From Vulcanimicrobiota bacterium (GTDB lineage Bacteria > Vulcanimicrobiota > Vulcanimicrobiia > Vulcanimicrobiales > Vulcanimicrobiaceae), in assembly GCA_963786105.1 (NCBI GenBank), contig CAWAXX010000025.1, positions 20,737 to 84,736 on the forward strand: 64,000 nt of DNA, given 5' to 3'. Made by a program: the position numbers and the translations under genes. How positions within the stretch are numbered: the first letter of the stretch is position 1; every line of letters begins with the position of its first letter. Below the pieces are notes generated by a model. The model did no database searches and was not told where the DNA came from. It was given only the letters and a program-made list of their open reading frames with translations. This document shows positions 8,487 through 18,198 of this stretch, piece by piece.

Positions 8487-11156
8487 ATGACGTCACACGT
8501 CGCCGCCGCCAAATACGTATTCTTCTTCGACGAAGGCAACGCTTCGATGGTCGACCTGCTCGGCGGAAAAGGCGCCGGCTTGGCCGAGATGACCGCGGCG
8601 GGCCTGCCGGTCCCGTCGGGTTTCGTCATCAGTACGGATGCGTGTTTAGCCTTTTACGAAGACGGGCGCGTTTTCCCAGCGGGCTTAGCCGAACAAGTCG
8701 ACGTAGCGATGAGTGAGTTGGAACGGCGAACCGGCAAGGGTTTCGGCTCGCTCGACAATCCGCTGCTGGTATCGGTCCGCAGCGGTGCGCGCGTATCCAT
8801 GCCTGGGATGATGGATACGATCCTGAATCTCGGACTCAACGATCGCACTGTCGAGACGCTGGCATCATTGACCGACAATCCGCGGTTTGCCTGGGATGCG
8901 TACCGGCGGTTCATCTCGATGTTTTCCCACGTCGTTCTGGACGTCGACAGGGAGAACTTCGACGAGCTCCTCGACGACCTCAAGCGGTCGCTCGGAGTAG
9001 AAAACGACCCGCAAGTAGATGCGGAGTCTTGGAAGAACCTGGTGGCCGAATTCAAGCGCATCGTGCGCGAGCGAACGGGACGCGACTTTCCGCAAGACGT
9101 CCGCGAGCAGCTGAAGCTCGCGGTCGCCGCCGTCTTCGATTCGTGGAACTGCAAGCGCGCAATCGACTATCGCCGGTTTAACAAGATTCCGGACGACTGG
9201 GGTACCGCCGTGACGATCATGGAAATGGTCTTCGGCAATTTGAGCGACGACTCGGGGACGGGCGTCGCCTTTACGCGCGATCCGAATACCGGCGAACGCA
9301 TGCTTTTCGGTGAGTACCTGCGCAACGCGCAAGGCGAAGACGTGGTCGCCGGAATTCGGACGCCCGAAAAGATCGCCGATTTAAAGAACACCCAGCCGGC
9401 CGTCTTCGCGCAGTTCCAAGAAATCGCCGGGCGGCTCGAGCGCCACTATCGCGACATGCAGGATCTCGAGTTCACTGTCGAGCGCGGGAAGCTTTTCATG
9501 TTGCAAACGCGCAGCGGGAAGCGCAGTGCCGAGGCGGCGGTGAAGATTGCCCTCGATCTGGCCGACGAAGGGTTGATCGACAAGCGTCGCGCCGTCGCAA
9601 CGGTCAACGCCCAATCGCTCGACCAGCTTTTTCACGCGCGCATCGATCCGAACGAACGGATCGACGTCGCCGGCAAGGGACTCAATGCGTCGCCGGGCGC
9701 GGCATCCGGCCAGGTGGTCTTCAGCGCCGACGACGCGGTAGCGTGGAAGAAGGACGGGAAGAAGACGATACTGGTTCGCGTGGAGACGACACCCGACGAC
9801 GTGCACGGCATGATCGCCGCCGAGGGAGTCTTGACCGCCAAGGGCGGCGCGACGTCGCATGCCGCAGTGGTCGCTCGCGGCATGGGAAAGCCGTGCGTGG
9901 CAGGATGCGATGCGCTGGTCATCGACCGCCGGACGAAAACTGCAACCTTCGCCGGTAAGCCGTTACGCGAGGGCGACTGGATTACGCTCGACGGTACGAC
10001 CGGAAAGGTCGCGTTCGGTGCGCTGACGTTGATCCCGGCGCCGACGACGTTGCCGCCGTGGCTGGCGACGTTTCTTTCGTGGGCCGACGACCTGCGCGTG
10101 ATGGAAGTATGGGCCAATGCCGACACGCCGGAAGACGCTGCCCGCGCGCGTCAGCTCGGCGCACAAGGCATCGGATTGTGTCGTACCGAGCACATGTTCA
10201 TGCAGCAGGACCGGCTGCCCATCGTGCAGCGGATGATCCTCGCGAACGACCGTCAAGCACGCGACGAGGCACTAGCGAAACTCTTACCGTTCCAGCGCGA
10301 AGACTTTGCGGGAATTCTCCAGGCGATGCAAGGGTATCCGGTGACGATCCGGCTGCTCGATCCGCCTTTGCACGAGTTCTTGCCGTCGCTCGAGGAACTG
10401 TTGGTCGAAGTGACGGAGCTGCGGATTACCCGGGGCAGCGACTCACCCGATTTCAAGATCAAAGATGCGGTTCTCCACCGCGTTCTCCAGCTGCACGAGC
10501 AGAATCCGATGCTCGGATTGCGCGTCTGCCGGCTTGGCATCGTGTATCCGGAGATCTACGCCATGCAGGTGCGCGCCATATTCGAGGCGGCGTGCGACTT
10601 GAAACGGCGCGGAGTCGACGCGCGTCCAGAGGTAATGATTCCCGGCGTCGGCACGACGGAGGAGATGCAGTCGACGCGCGAATCGGCCAAGGCGGTCGCC
10701 GACCAGGTGCTCGCCGAGCGCGGCGTCAAGATCGACTATCACATCGGCACGATGATCGAGCTGCCGCGAGCCTGTATCGTGGCCGACGACCTCGCCCGCT
10801 TTGCCGATTTCTTTTCCTTCGGAACCAACGACCTGACTCAAACGACTTACGGATACAGCCGCGACGATGCCGAAGCCTCGTTCATTCCAGTGTATCTCGA
10901 AAAGCGCATCCTCAAGACCGATCCTTTTCAGGTGCTCGACCGTCGCGGCGTGGGCACTCTGATGCGCGACGCGGTGCGACGTGGGCGTTCGGTGCGGGTG
11001 GACTTGAAGATCGGCATTTGCGGCGAGCACGGCGGCGAGCCGAGCAGCGTAGCTTTTTGCAATAAGCTCGGCCTCGACTACGTGTCGTGCTCTCCGTACC
11101 GCGTTCCGATTGCGCGTCTTGCTGCCGCCCAAGCAGCAATCGGCGCGATTGAGTAA
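8487..11156 (+). CDS. ppdK: Pyruvate, phosphate dikinase
   Basis: LGGKGAGLAEM, SVRSGA, GGATSHAAVVARG, GLCRTEHMF, FSFGTNDLTQ, GICGEHGG. Confidence 0.97.
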   Translation: MTSHVAAAKYVFFFDEGNASMVDLLGGKGAGLAEMTAAGLPVPSGFVISTDACLAFYEDGRVFPAGLAEQVDVAMSELERRTGKGFGSLDNPLLVSVRSGARVSMPGMMDTILNLGLNDRTVETLASLTDNPRFAWDAYRRFISMFSHVVLDVDRENFDELLDDLKRSLGVENDPQVDAESWKNLVAEFKRIVRERTGRDFPQDVREQLKLAVAAVFDSWNCKRAIDYRRFNKIPDDWGTAVTIMEMVFGNLSDDSGTGVAFTRDPNTGERMLFGEYLRNAQGEDVVAGIRTPEKIADLKNTQPAVFAQFQEIAGRLERHYRDMQDLEFTVERGKLFMLQTRSGKRSAEAAVKIALDLADEGLIDKRRAVATVNAQSLDQLFHARIDPNERIDVAGKGLNASPGAASGQVVFSADDAVAWKKDGKKTILVRVETTPDDVHGMIAAEGVLTAKGGATSHAAVVARGMGKPCVAGCDALVIDRRTKTATFAGKPLREGDWITLDGTTGKVAFGALTLIPAPTTLPPWLATFLSWADDLRVMEVWANADTPEDAARARQLGAQGIGLCRTEHMFMQQDRLPIVQRMILANDRQARDEALAKLLPFQREDFAGILQAMQGYPVTIRLLDPPLHEFLPSLEELLVEVTELRITRGSDSPDFKIKDAVLHRVLQLHEQNPMLGLRVCRLGIVYPEIYAMQVRAIFEAACDLKRRGVDARPEVMIPGVGTTEEMQSTRESAKAVADQVLAERGVKIDYHIGTMIELPRACIVADDLARFADFFSFGTNDLTQTTYGYSRDDAEASFIPVYLEKRILKTDPFQVLDRRGVGTLMRDAVRRGRSVRVDLKIGICGEHGGEPSSVAFCNKLGLDYVSCSPYRVPIARLAAAQAAIGAIE

Positions 11157-11213
11157 CCGCTAGCAAACTTCAACCTTCGCCTCCTCGATCTGGAATAAAT
11201 CCACGGTTACTCA
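11150..11213. repeat. 10-bp perfect inverted repeat (TGAGTAACCG / CGGTTACTCA) spanning the convergent ppdK and HD-gene stops
   Basis: Arms at 11150-11159 and 11204-11213 with a 44-nt spacer. Confidence 0.6.
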
Positions 11214-12416
11214 GCTCAGCGCTACGATTTCGGAGCAGATACGGCGCGCTTCGAGCACGTCGACCGCATCGCGGCGCACGAACAGCTTGCGCCAATACGC
11301 CTTGCCCGTGAGCTTGGCGATGAGGTCGGAGACCTCACGCGCGTCGACGAGCTGGTTGCCGTTTCCCACCCAGACGGTATGCGAGCGATCGACGCCGAGC
11401 GGGAGACGGTGCAGCACCTGAGTTTGTTCGTCGGCCCAGACGTTGCGTTCGCCGAACCGGTCGGCGAGCGCCCGTTCGCAGGCTTCGTATTTTCGCAAGT
11501 CCCGCTCGGCGTTGAACTCCGCGGCGACGCCGTAAACGACGATTCGCTCGCGCAGCGCCCGGGCGGCTTCGCTCTCCTTGTCGGCGAGTTCGTTGAGGAC
11601 GCGGAAATCGTCCCACCGGACGAACTCTTCAATCGGGTCGAGCGCTCGGGGATTCGGCCACAACTCGCGCAAAACGTCTTGCAGCACACGTTCGAAGATT
11701 CTGGTCGTGTGATGAAAGTATACCGATGCAAACATCATGTAGCGCGCCATGACGAAGGATTCGAGCGCCACTACGCCGCGCGCGTCGATACCCATTACGA
11801 CCTGGCCGTCGCGCTCGAAGAGACGCAAGGAAGCGACGAGCTGTTCGGCATCGTATCGCCCGGTCGCGACGCCGGTGAAATAGGCGTCGCGCTGGAGGTA
11901 GTCCATGCGGTCGGCATCGAGATTCGGTCCGCTCACCAGTTCGCGGAGAGCCGGATACGGGCTCGCGGGGTCGCCGACGATCAGGGCGAGCACGTCGTCG
12001 GGGTTCACATCGAGCGCAGCCAATCCCGAGTGCATCTCGGGCAAACGCAATAGTTCGCCGGTACGCGCTTCGTGCCGGACTCCGAGCACGGCTTCGCAGG
12101 CGTGACTGAACGGTCCGTGTCCGACGTCGTGTACCAGCAGCGCCGCGCGCACGAGCCGCCGCTGGTAGTCGACATCGGCAGAATCGGCAAAGTATTCCGG
12201 GCCCGAACGGACGAGTTCGTCGAACGCCCGCGCTCCCATCGCCAGCGCACCGAGCGCGTGGCTGAATCGCGAGTGCTCGGCGGCCGGGAACGCGAGATAG
12301 GCGAGGCCGAGTTGGCGCAAACGGCGCAACCGTTGCATGACGGGCAGATCCAACAAGCGCGCCTCGGCGAGCGATAGCCCGATGAAGTGGTGGATCGGGT
12401 CGAAGATTCGCTTCAC
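11211..12416 (-). CDS. HD-domain phosphohydrolase (SAMHD1/EF1143-like dNTP triphosphohydrolase)
   Basis: DPIH, QRLRRLRQLG, HSRFSHALG, HDVGHGPFSH, DADRMDYLQRD, VYFH. The start may instead be ATG 12436 (GAGGAG RBS) via a frameshift. Confidence 0.88.
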   Translation of the reverse strand: MKRIFDPIHHFIGLSLAEARLLDLPVMQRLRRLRQLGLAYLAFPAAEHSRFSHALGALAMGARAFDELVRSGPEYFADSADVDYQRRLVRAALLVHDVGHGPFSHACEAVLGVRHEARTGELLRLPEMHSGLAALDVNPDDVLALIVGDPASPYPALRELVSGPNLDADRMDYLQRDAYFTGVATGRYDAEQLVASLRLFERDGQVVMGIDARGVVALESFVMARYMMFASVYFHHTTRIFERVLQDVLRELWPNPRALDPIEEFVRWDDFRVLNELADKESEAARALRERIVVYGVAAEFNAERDLRKYEACERALADRFGERNVWADEQTQVLHRLPLGVDRSHTVWVGNGNQLVDAREVSDLIAKLTGKAYWRKLFVRRDAVDVLEARRICSEIVALS

Positions 12417-12503
12417 CGCCGAGCGTTTTCCGCCATCGGCCGGTCGCTCCTCGCGAGAAGTCCGCCTCCGGCACGGAAATGCGCACGGGCGTAGAAACGT
12501 GAC

Positions 12504-14297
12504 GTGGTGAGATTCGATCGGGGAGTCATCGCGGAAATTCACGCCCGCGTCGACATTGCGAGCCTCATCGGGCAGTACGTGCAGCTCAAGAAGCGCGGTA
12601 ACGACTTGGTCGGGTTGTGCCCGTTTCACGGCGAGAAGACGCCCTCGTTTCACGTGCACCCCGATCGCGGGTTCTTCAAGTGTTTCGGCTGCGGTATCGG
12701 CGGCGACGTGATCGCGTTCGTGCAGAAGATGGAAAACGTCCCATTTTCCGACGCGGTTCGCTTGCTCGGAAGCAAAGCCGGGATCCAGCTCGAACCGGAG
12801 AATCCGTTCGCCGCACGCGCGCGCACCGAGCGCGAAGCGATCTACGAAGCCAATCGCATTGCCGCGGCGTATTTTGCACGCATGCTCGAGACGAACGCCG
12901 GGCGTCGTGCGCGGGCGTATTGCGACGAGCGCGGCATTTCGAAGAGCACGCTCGAGAAGTTCACGCTTGGATACGCCCCCGATTCGTGGAACGGATTGGT
13001 CGAAGAGTTGGAGCGCGAGCGTGTCGGCCTGTCGTCGGCTGCCGCCGCCGGCCTGGTGAAAAGCGGTCAGCGCGGCTATTACGATTTTTACCGCGATCGC
13101 CTCATGATCCCGACCTACTCCACCACCGGAGAGGTCATCGCCTTCGGCGGTCGAGCGCTCGGCGACGCCGAGCCGAAATACCTCAACACGACGACGACGC
13201 CGGTGTACACCAAGGGCCATCACCTCTTCGCCCTCAACGTCGCGCGCCGGGCGGCGCAAGCGGATCGTACGGTCATCGTCGTCGAGGGCTACCTGGACTG
13301 CATCGCGCTGCACCAGGCCGGATTCGCAAATGCGGTGGCCGCTCTGGGCACCGCGTTTACGTAAGAACAGGCGGCCGAGCTACGCAAGTATGCCGAGTAC
13401 GTGTATTTGTGCTTCGACGGGGATACCGCCGGAAACGCCGCCGCAACCAAAGCCGTCGATATTGCGTCTAAGACCATCGAGCACGCCACTTCCTCGGTGC
13501 GCGTCGTCACGCTTCCCTCTGGAGACGATCCCGATAGTTTCATTCGCAAGCACGGCGCGGCCGCATTTGGGACGTTGCTCGATCGGGCCAAGCCCGCGAT
13601 CGAGTTCCGGATCGATGGCGAAATCGAGCGGCTGCGCGCCGGCTTCGACTCACCCGCAAAGATCGTACCAAAGGCCGAGGCACTGATACGCGAAATGACG
13701 CCGCGAGAGGAATGGGACCGGTGGCGCGTTTACGTTGCGGGGCGCCTGCAGGTGAGCGTTGACGACCTTCGGAATAGCCGGTTCCTCGCAAACAGCGCGA
13801 ACTTCGCGCCGCGTGCGGGGGGCGGTTTCTCCGGAAGCCGGCACGTGCGGGCGTCGGTCGAACCCCTCTCGTTCGAACGTGAGGTGCTCGGCATTCTGCT
13901 CGAAGAACCGTCACTGGTCTTGGAGTACGCCGACCGGATCGGCCCAGAGCGCTTTCGCAACGACGCGTACCGGCGAATCTACGAGCGCATCACCGGCGCC
14001 GGCGGAACCCTCGCGACCACGACCGACGTCTTTGGATTGTTCGCCGAGGACCAAGCTAGCTTGGACGCGCTGGCGGCGCTGGGGGCGCGCGACCGCAGTT
14101 CGACGGTGCGCTACGGCGGCTCCGACGAACGGCGTGCGCACTTGGAGCGGGTGGTGGAACGGCTGCACCTCGACGACGTGCGGCATCGTTATCGGGAGCT
14201 GTCGCGCCTGATCGACGAACACCTAACCGCCGGTCGCCCGGTTTCGCCGGAACTGCGCGACGAGTTCGAATTATTGGTAGCAAAGCTCAAACGATAA
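12504..14297 (+). CDS. dnaG: DNA primase with an in-frame TAA at 13362-13364 (probable sequence error)
   Basis: CPFH...C..C zinc finger, FGGR, KYLN, VEGYLD, and after the stop, in the same frame, FDGD.AG and DPD. Confidence 0.93.
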
Positions 14298-14363
14298 GGG
14301 ACGGAAGTACGTAGATTGGAAAGTATGACTAGCGACTCAAAGCGAAAGGAGGTGAAACAGAAG

Positions 14364-15536
14364 ATGGCTCGCAAAAAAGGCGCCGCCGCCGTGGCGGAAG
14401 CTCCCCCGGTTGCTGCAACCCTGGACGAGCTCAAGAAGAAACTGCTGACTCGAGGCAAGAGCCAGGGGTCGCTCACCTATGAAGAAATCAACTCGGCGTT
14501 CGACGCGCTGGAAGAGGTAACGCCCGAGCAGCTCGACGAGTTTTTCGAAGAAATTACGGCCGCTGGTATCGAGATCGTCGACGACCAAAAAGAAGAAAAG
14601 GCTGAGGCCGAAGGCGAGGAAGAGGCCGAGGCGCCGATTCCCGACGGGCTCTCGCTCGACGATCCGGTGCGCATGTATCTCAAAGAGATCGGGCGCGTGC
14701 CGCTGCTGTCGATGGAGCAAGAGAAGTCGTTGGCGATGCGGATCGAGGCCGGCGAGATGGAATCGAGGCGAAACGGCATCGCCGATTGGTCGATAGTCGA
14801 CTCCGGCGAAGAAGCGAAGCGTCAGCTCACCGAAGCGAACCTGCGCCTCGTCGTTTCGATTGCGAAGAAGTACGTCGGCCGCGGAATGCTGTTCCTCGAT
14901 CTCATCCAGGAGGGCAATCTGGGGCTGATCCGTGCGGTCGAAAAGTTCGACTACCGCAAGGGCTACAAGTTCTCAACGTACGCGACGTGGTGGATCCGGC
15001 AGGCTATCACGCGCGCGCTCGCCGACCAGGCGCGGACCATCCGCATTCCGGTGCACATGGTCGAGACGATCAACCGACTGATCAAGGTCTCGCGCCAGTT
15101 GCTGCAAGAGCTCGGTCGCGAACCTTCGGTCGAAGAGATCGCCGAAGCGATGGGGCTTACGCCCGAAAAAGTCCGCGAAGTCATGAAGATCTCTCAGGAG
15201 CCGATTTCGCTCGAGACGCCGATCGGCGAAGAGGAAGACTCGCACCTCGGCGATTTCATCGAGGATCAAGAGGCCGTCGCTCCGGCCGAAGCGGCGTCGG
15301 TGATGCTCCTCAAAGAGAAGATGCAGGACGTGCTGCAAAATCTCACGGAGCGGGAGCGCAAGGTGCTGGTTCTGCGCTTCGGATTGGAAGACGGCCACCA
15401 GCGAACGCTGGAAGAAGTCGGTCAGGAGTTCGGCGTGACGCGCGAACGAATCCGCCAAATCGAGGCCAAGGCGCTGCGCAAGCTCCGCCACCCCTCACGC
15501 GGCAAGGCGCTCAAGGACTACTGGAGCAACGAGTAG
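14364..15536 (+). CDS. rpoD: RNA polymerase primary sigma factor
   Basis: [57 protein letters not shown]. Confidence 0.97.
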   Translation: MARKKGAAAVAEAPPVAATLDELKKKLLTRGKSQGSLTYEEINSAFDALEEVTPEQLDEFFEEITAAGIEIVDDQKEEKAEAEGEEEAEAPIPDGLSLDDPVRMYLKEIGRVPLLSMEQEKSLAMRIEAGEMESRRNGIADWSIVDSGEEAKRQLTEANLRLVVSIAKKYVGRGMLFLDLIQEGNLGLIRAVEKFDYRKGYKFSTYATWWIRQAITRALADQARTIRIPVHMVETINRLIKVSRQLLQELGREPSVEEIAEAMGLTPEKVREVMKISQEPISLETPIGEEEDSHLGDFIEDQEAVAPAEAASVMLLKEKMQDVLQNLTERERKVLVLRFGLEDGHQRTLEEVGQEFGVTRERIRQIEAKALRKLRHPSRGKALKDYWSNE

Positions 15537-15588
15537 CCGCGCTCGTAGCCGCGCCGGTAACACTCCCGCTTGCTCGGACGTTAAACCA

Positions 15589-16256
15589 ATGATGCTCCTC
15601 GCCGTTCTCGTCGCCGCCGCCATCGCGACGCCTAGTGCTTCACCCGCTCCCTCGGCGTTCGCCGCGGGAGCTCAAAACGATCATCACCGTTGTCTCCTCG
15701 CCTTACTGCAACGCGCTGGCGCAACACTTCAACGGCGCCCTAGTGCCGATGCTGGCAAACGACCGAGTCCTCGGAACGGTCAACGTGCAGCTCGGCGAGA
15801 TGAACGACATGTTTAAATACTCCCGACTACGCCAATCGCTTTCTCGATTTGCGCACGAGGATCCTTAAGGAATCGGATACACTCGTTCGCTCGCTCTATC
15901 CGATCCGGCAGCAGATCGATCAGCTTCGCGAGGCGGCCACACTCTCCAACGATCCGGCTGCCCAAGGCGAGATGCGCGATGCAGCCGCGCAGCTCCAAGA
16001 CGCGTACCTGCATCAGTTTCAGCTCGCGACCGACCTGACGGGCGTCGCCCATGCGATGATGCAGTACGATATTCAGGCAGGGACCCATCCGTTGAACGGG
16101 TGGACGCTGCAAGAGCAAGAGATGCCTGCCGACGAGAAGAACATCAAGGTGTACTTAAAGTTCGACAAGCAACGCACGAGCATCGATAGCGCCGAAAGCA
16201 ACGCCGTCGACATCGCCTATTCAATCGCCGAGAAGCGTTGCACGAAAGCGCCCTAA
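15589..16256 (+). CDS. Secreted helical hypothetical protein (split across three frames)
   Basis: Signal peptide and ATPSASPAP linker (15589), LKTIITVVSSPYC (15635 frame) and a C-terminal helical part (15849 frame) join into one protein. Confidence 0.6.
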
Positions 16257-16257
16257 T

Positions 16258-16936
16258 TCACATATCGTCTTTTTCGGCGTTAGCGCTGGGAACGACCAGC
16301 GGATTCTTCATCGCGAAAGCGCCGTTCGGATTGGTCTTCACCCAGACGATCAAATCCCAAATCGACGGGAAGAGAAAGACCTTCTTGACCTCGTCCACAT
16401 TCTTGGCGACGCCCATCTTGACGAGGGTGGCCGCTTGCGGGTCGTCGACGTTACCGCCGGCGGCGGCAAACTTCTTCGCGCTCGTCCCGCCGTACGTCTC
16501 GGTTCCGTTCGGCCCTGCCAAAATGTAGTGCACGTGCTCGCGGAACGAAATCCAGCGATGGTAGTCGACGCCCCACATTGATGGCGGCGCCGGCGAACTG
16601 CTCTGCCGCACCGAAAAATCAGCGCCTAGCAGGTTGCCGTGGACGTCGTACCAGAGTTGGCTGGGCTCCTGCGGATTGGCGCTCTGCCAGTGGAGGTTGG
16701 CGTAACTAATGGCGCCGGTGGAGTCCTCGTTTCCGTAGCGGAAATATCCGGCCCGCTCGGCGTCCTGCGCCGTCGGAAATCGCGCGTTCAGGTCTTTTTG
16801 TATGGACTGGACGAATGCGGCCTCGCTCGCCGAGGGAAAAGGTGAGAGCGTTGCCTTTGGAGCCGGCGTGGCCGCGGATGCGGTGACGGCGGTGCACGCC
16901 AGCATCGCGAGTACGGCTAGAGGTTCGAATTATCAC
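16258..16936 (-). CDS. Secreted hypothetical protein
   Basis: Signal peptide, ATPAP linker, globular domain (PSQLWYD...HVHY...NPNGAF..NP). Start uncertain (16905, or 16936 via a frameshift). Confidence 0.7.
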
Positions 16937-16953
16937 GCGCGTACGATCCTTTT

Positions 16954-17745
16954 CTAAGCGCCGGAGGGCGAAGGGGTCGGCGTCGGTAGTTCCGGCGTCG
17001 GCCAGGGGGTCGGCGTTGGTGTCGGACTCGGCGCCGGCGTTTTCCTGCTCTTCGTGCCGCCGGCCGGACCGAACGGCGTTGCCAAGGGTTCGACTGGGAA
17101 CGTCGATTTCGGCATTTGCAGACTTCGCGCCGGCGGATGCGGGGTTTCAATCGCGATCGCGCCGTTGGGCAAGGCCGTCAGCGTGGCTTCGGTGTGTGCG
17201 GGAAGCTCGGAGCCCGCTTTGAGCACGAAGTTTTTGCCCGTGCGGAAAATGTGATAAAGAAAGTGGTAGGGGATGACCTGATCTTCGATCGTGTCTTCCC
17301 AGGCCACCGTCGACTCGTGTCCGGCCGAAACGTGCGGTTCCAGCCGCGCGACCGGCGCGCGCAGCGGCAGCGCCCTCCCGTCGGAGAGTACGAGCGGTTC
17401 GAGAAAAATGTCGACGAAGCCGTACACGTCGCCGATGTCGGCCGCTGAGGATGCGACGATGCGAATCTTTTCCGGAGTTCCGGCGGGTGCGACGACGCGA
17501 CCCCCGACGGCGAGCGGATCCTTCAGGTGTGCGGCGATCATCTGCCCGGCGCGCGACGACTTCGACGAAATCGCTTCGTCCAGCACCAGAACGAGATTTG
17601 AGTCGAACGGGAGCGAGTCGCCCGCGGGCACCGGCGTTGGGCTCGAGGATGCGGTCGGCTCAGGAGTGGGCGAGATCGGATAAGCCGCAGCCGACCCTGC
17701 GCCGACGACGAGGAGCGCTACGAAAGCCGCGCCGGCAACCCGTAC
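16954..17745 (-). CDS. Secreted protein with a TrbI/VirB10-like beta domain and PT-rich tails
   Basis: Hydrophobic signal, LDEAISSKSSRAGQ...L.DPLAVGGRVVAPAGT pattern, PTPTP tail. Start approximate. Confidence 0.55.
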   Translation of the reverse strand, partial: VRVAGAAFVALLVVGAGSAAAYPISPTPEPTASSSPTPVPAGDSLPFDSNLVLVLDEAISSKSSRAGQMIAAHLKDPLAVGGRVVAPAGTPEKIRIVASSAADIGDVYGFVDIFLEPLVLSDGRALPLRAPVARLEPHVSAGHESTVAWEDTIEDQVIPYHFLYHIFRTGKNFVLKAGSELPAHTEATLTALPNGAIAIETPHPPARSLQMPKSTFPVEPLATPFGPAGGTKSRKTPAPSPTPTPTPWPTPELPTPTPSPSGA

Positions 17746-17764
17746 CGACGCGCGGCGGTCGTTT

Positions 17765-18100
17765 CTAGCTAGCGCGTTTTTCGCGGGCTGCCGCGGAGGC
17801 GCGCTTGCCTTCTTCGATGAGTTCCTTGACTTTTTGGCCACCTTTTTGTCCGATACGTTCGTAGAAATGCGGCCCGTAGCGATCGCGGGTCGCCTCGCCG
17901 CCCTTCTTTCCACCTTTCTTGCCGATTTGCTCGTAAAACTCATGGCCGTGCGCTTCTTTTGTCGCTAGCCCGCCTTTACGGCCGATCTGCTCGTAGAATT
18001 CCGGACCGTACCGCTTCTTGACGGTCTCGCCGCCTTTTTGGCCGGCCTCGCGGACGGACATTCCGCCTGCACGTTTGGGTTGTTCTGGGGTGCCTGACAT
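17765..18100 (-). CDS. KGG-repeat general stress protein (GsiB/Em-like hydrophilin)
   Basis: Three to four copies of YG.EFYEQIG.KGG; MSVREAGQKGG. Confidence 0.88.
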   Translation of the reverse strand: MSGTPEQPKRAGGMSVREAGQKGGETVKKRYGPEFYEQIGRKGGLATKEAHGHEFYEQIGKKGGKKGGEATRDRYGPHFYERIGQKGGQKVKELIEEGKRASAAAREKRAS

Positions 18101-18198
18101 GTTGTTTATTTCACCTTGTCTTGCTGTGCCGTCTTAGGAGGACGGCGGTCTCTCTCACTATAGTAGAACGCAAGTTCGGGCTCGAAGGTTTGGTATTG

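Noticed and set aside
12417..13313. Apparent ~300-aa N-terminal extension making the HD protein 700 aa
   Set aside because: It is the antisense frame of dnaG; HD homology starts at VKRIFDPIH (12416).
13362..13364. Genome-wide stop-codon reassignment
   Set aside because: TAA, TAG and TGA all terminate conserved genes at the expected positions (for example rlmN, rpoD, prfB).
16954..17745. Type IV secretion system
   Set aside because: Only a lone VirB10-like domain; no VirB4, VirD4 or relaxase genes in the window.
17830..18060. Short periodic DNA repeats as a CRISPR-like array
   Set aside because: They are degenerate coding repeats of the KGG protein, with no identical repeats, unique spacers or cas genes.
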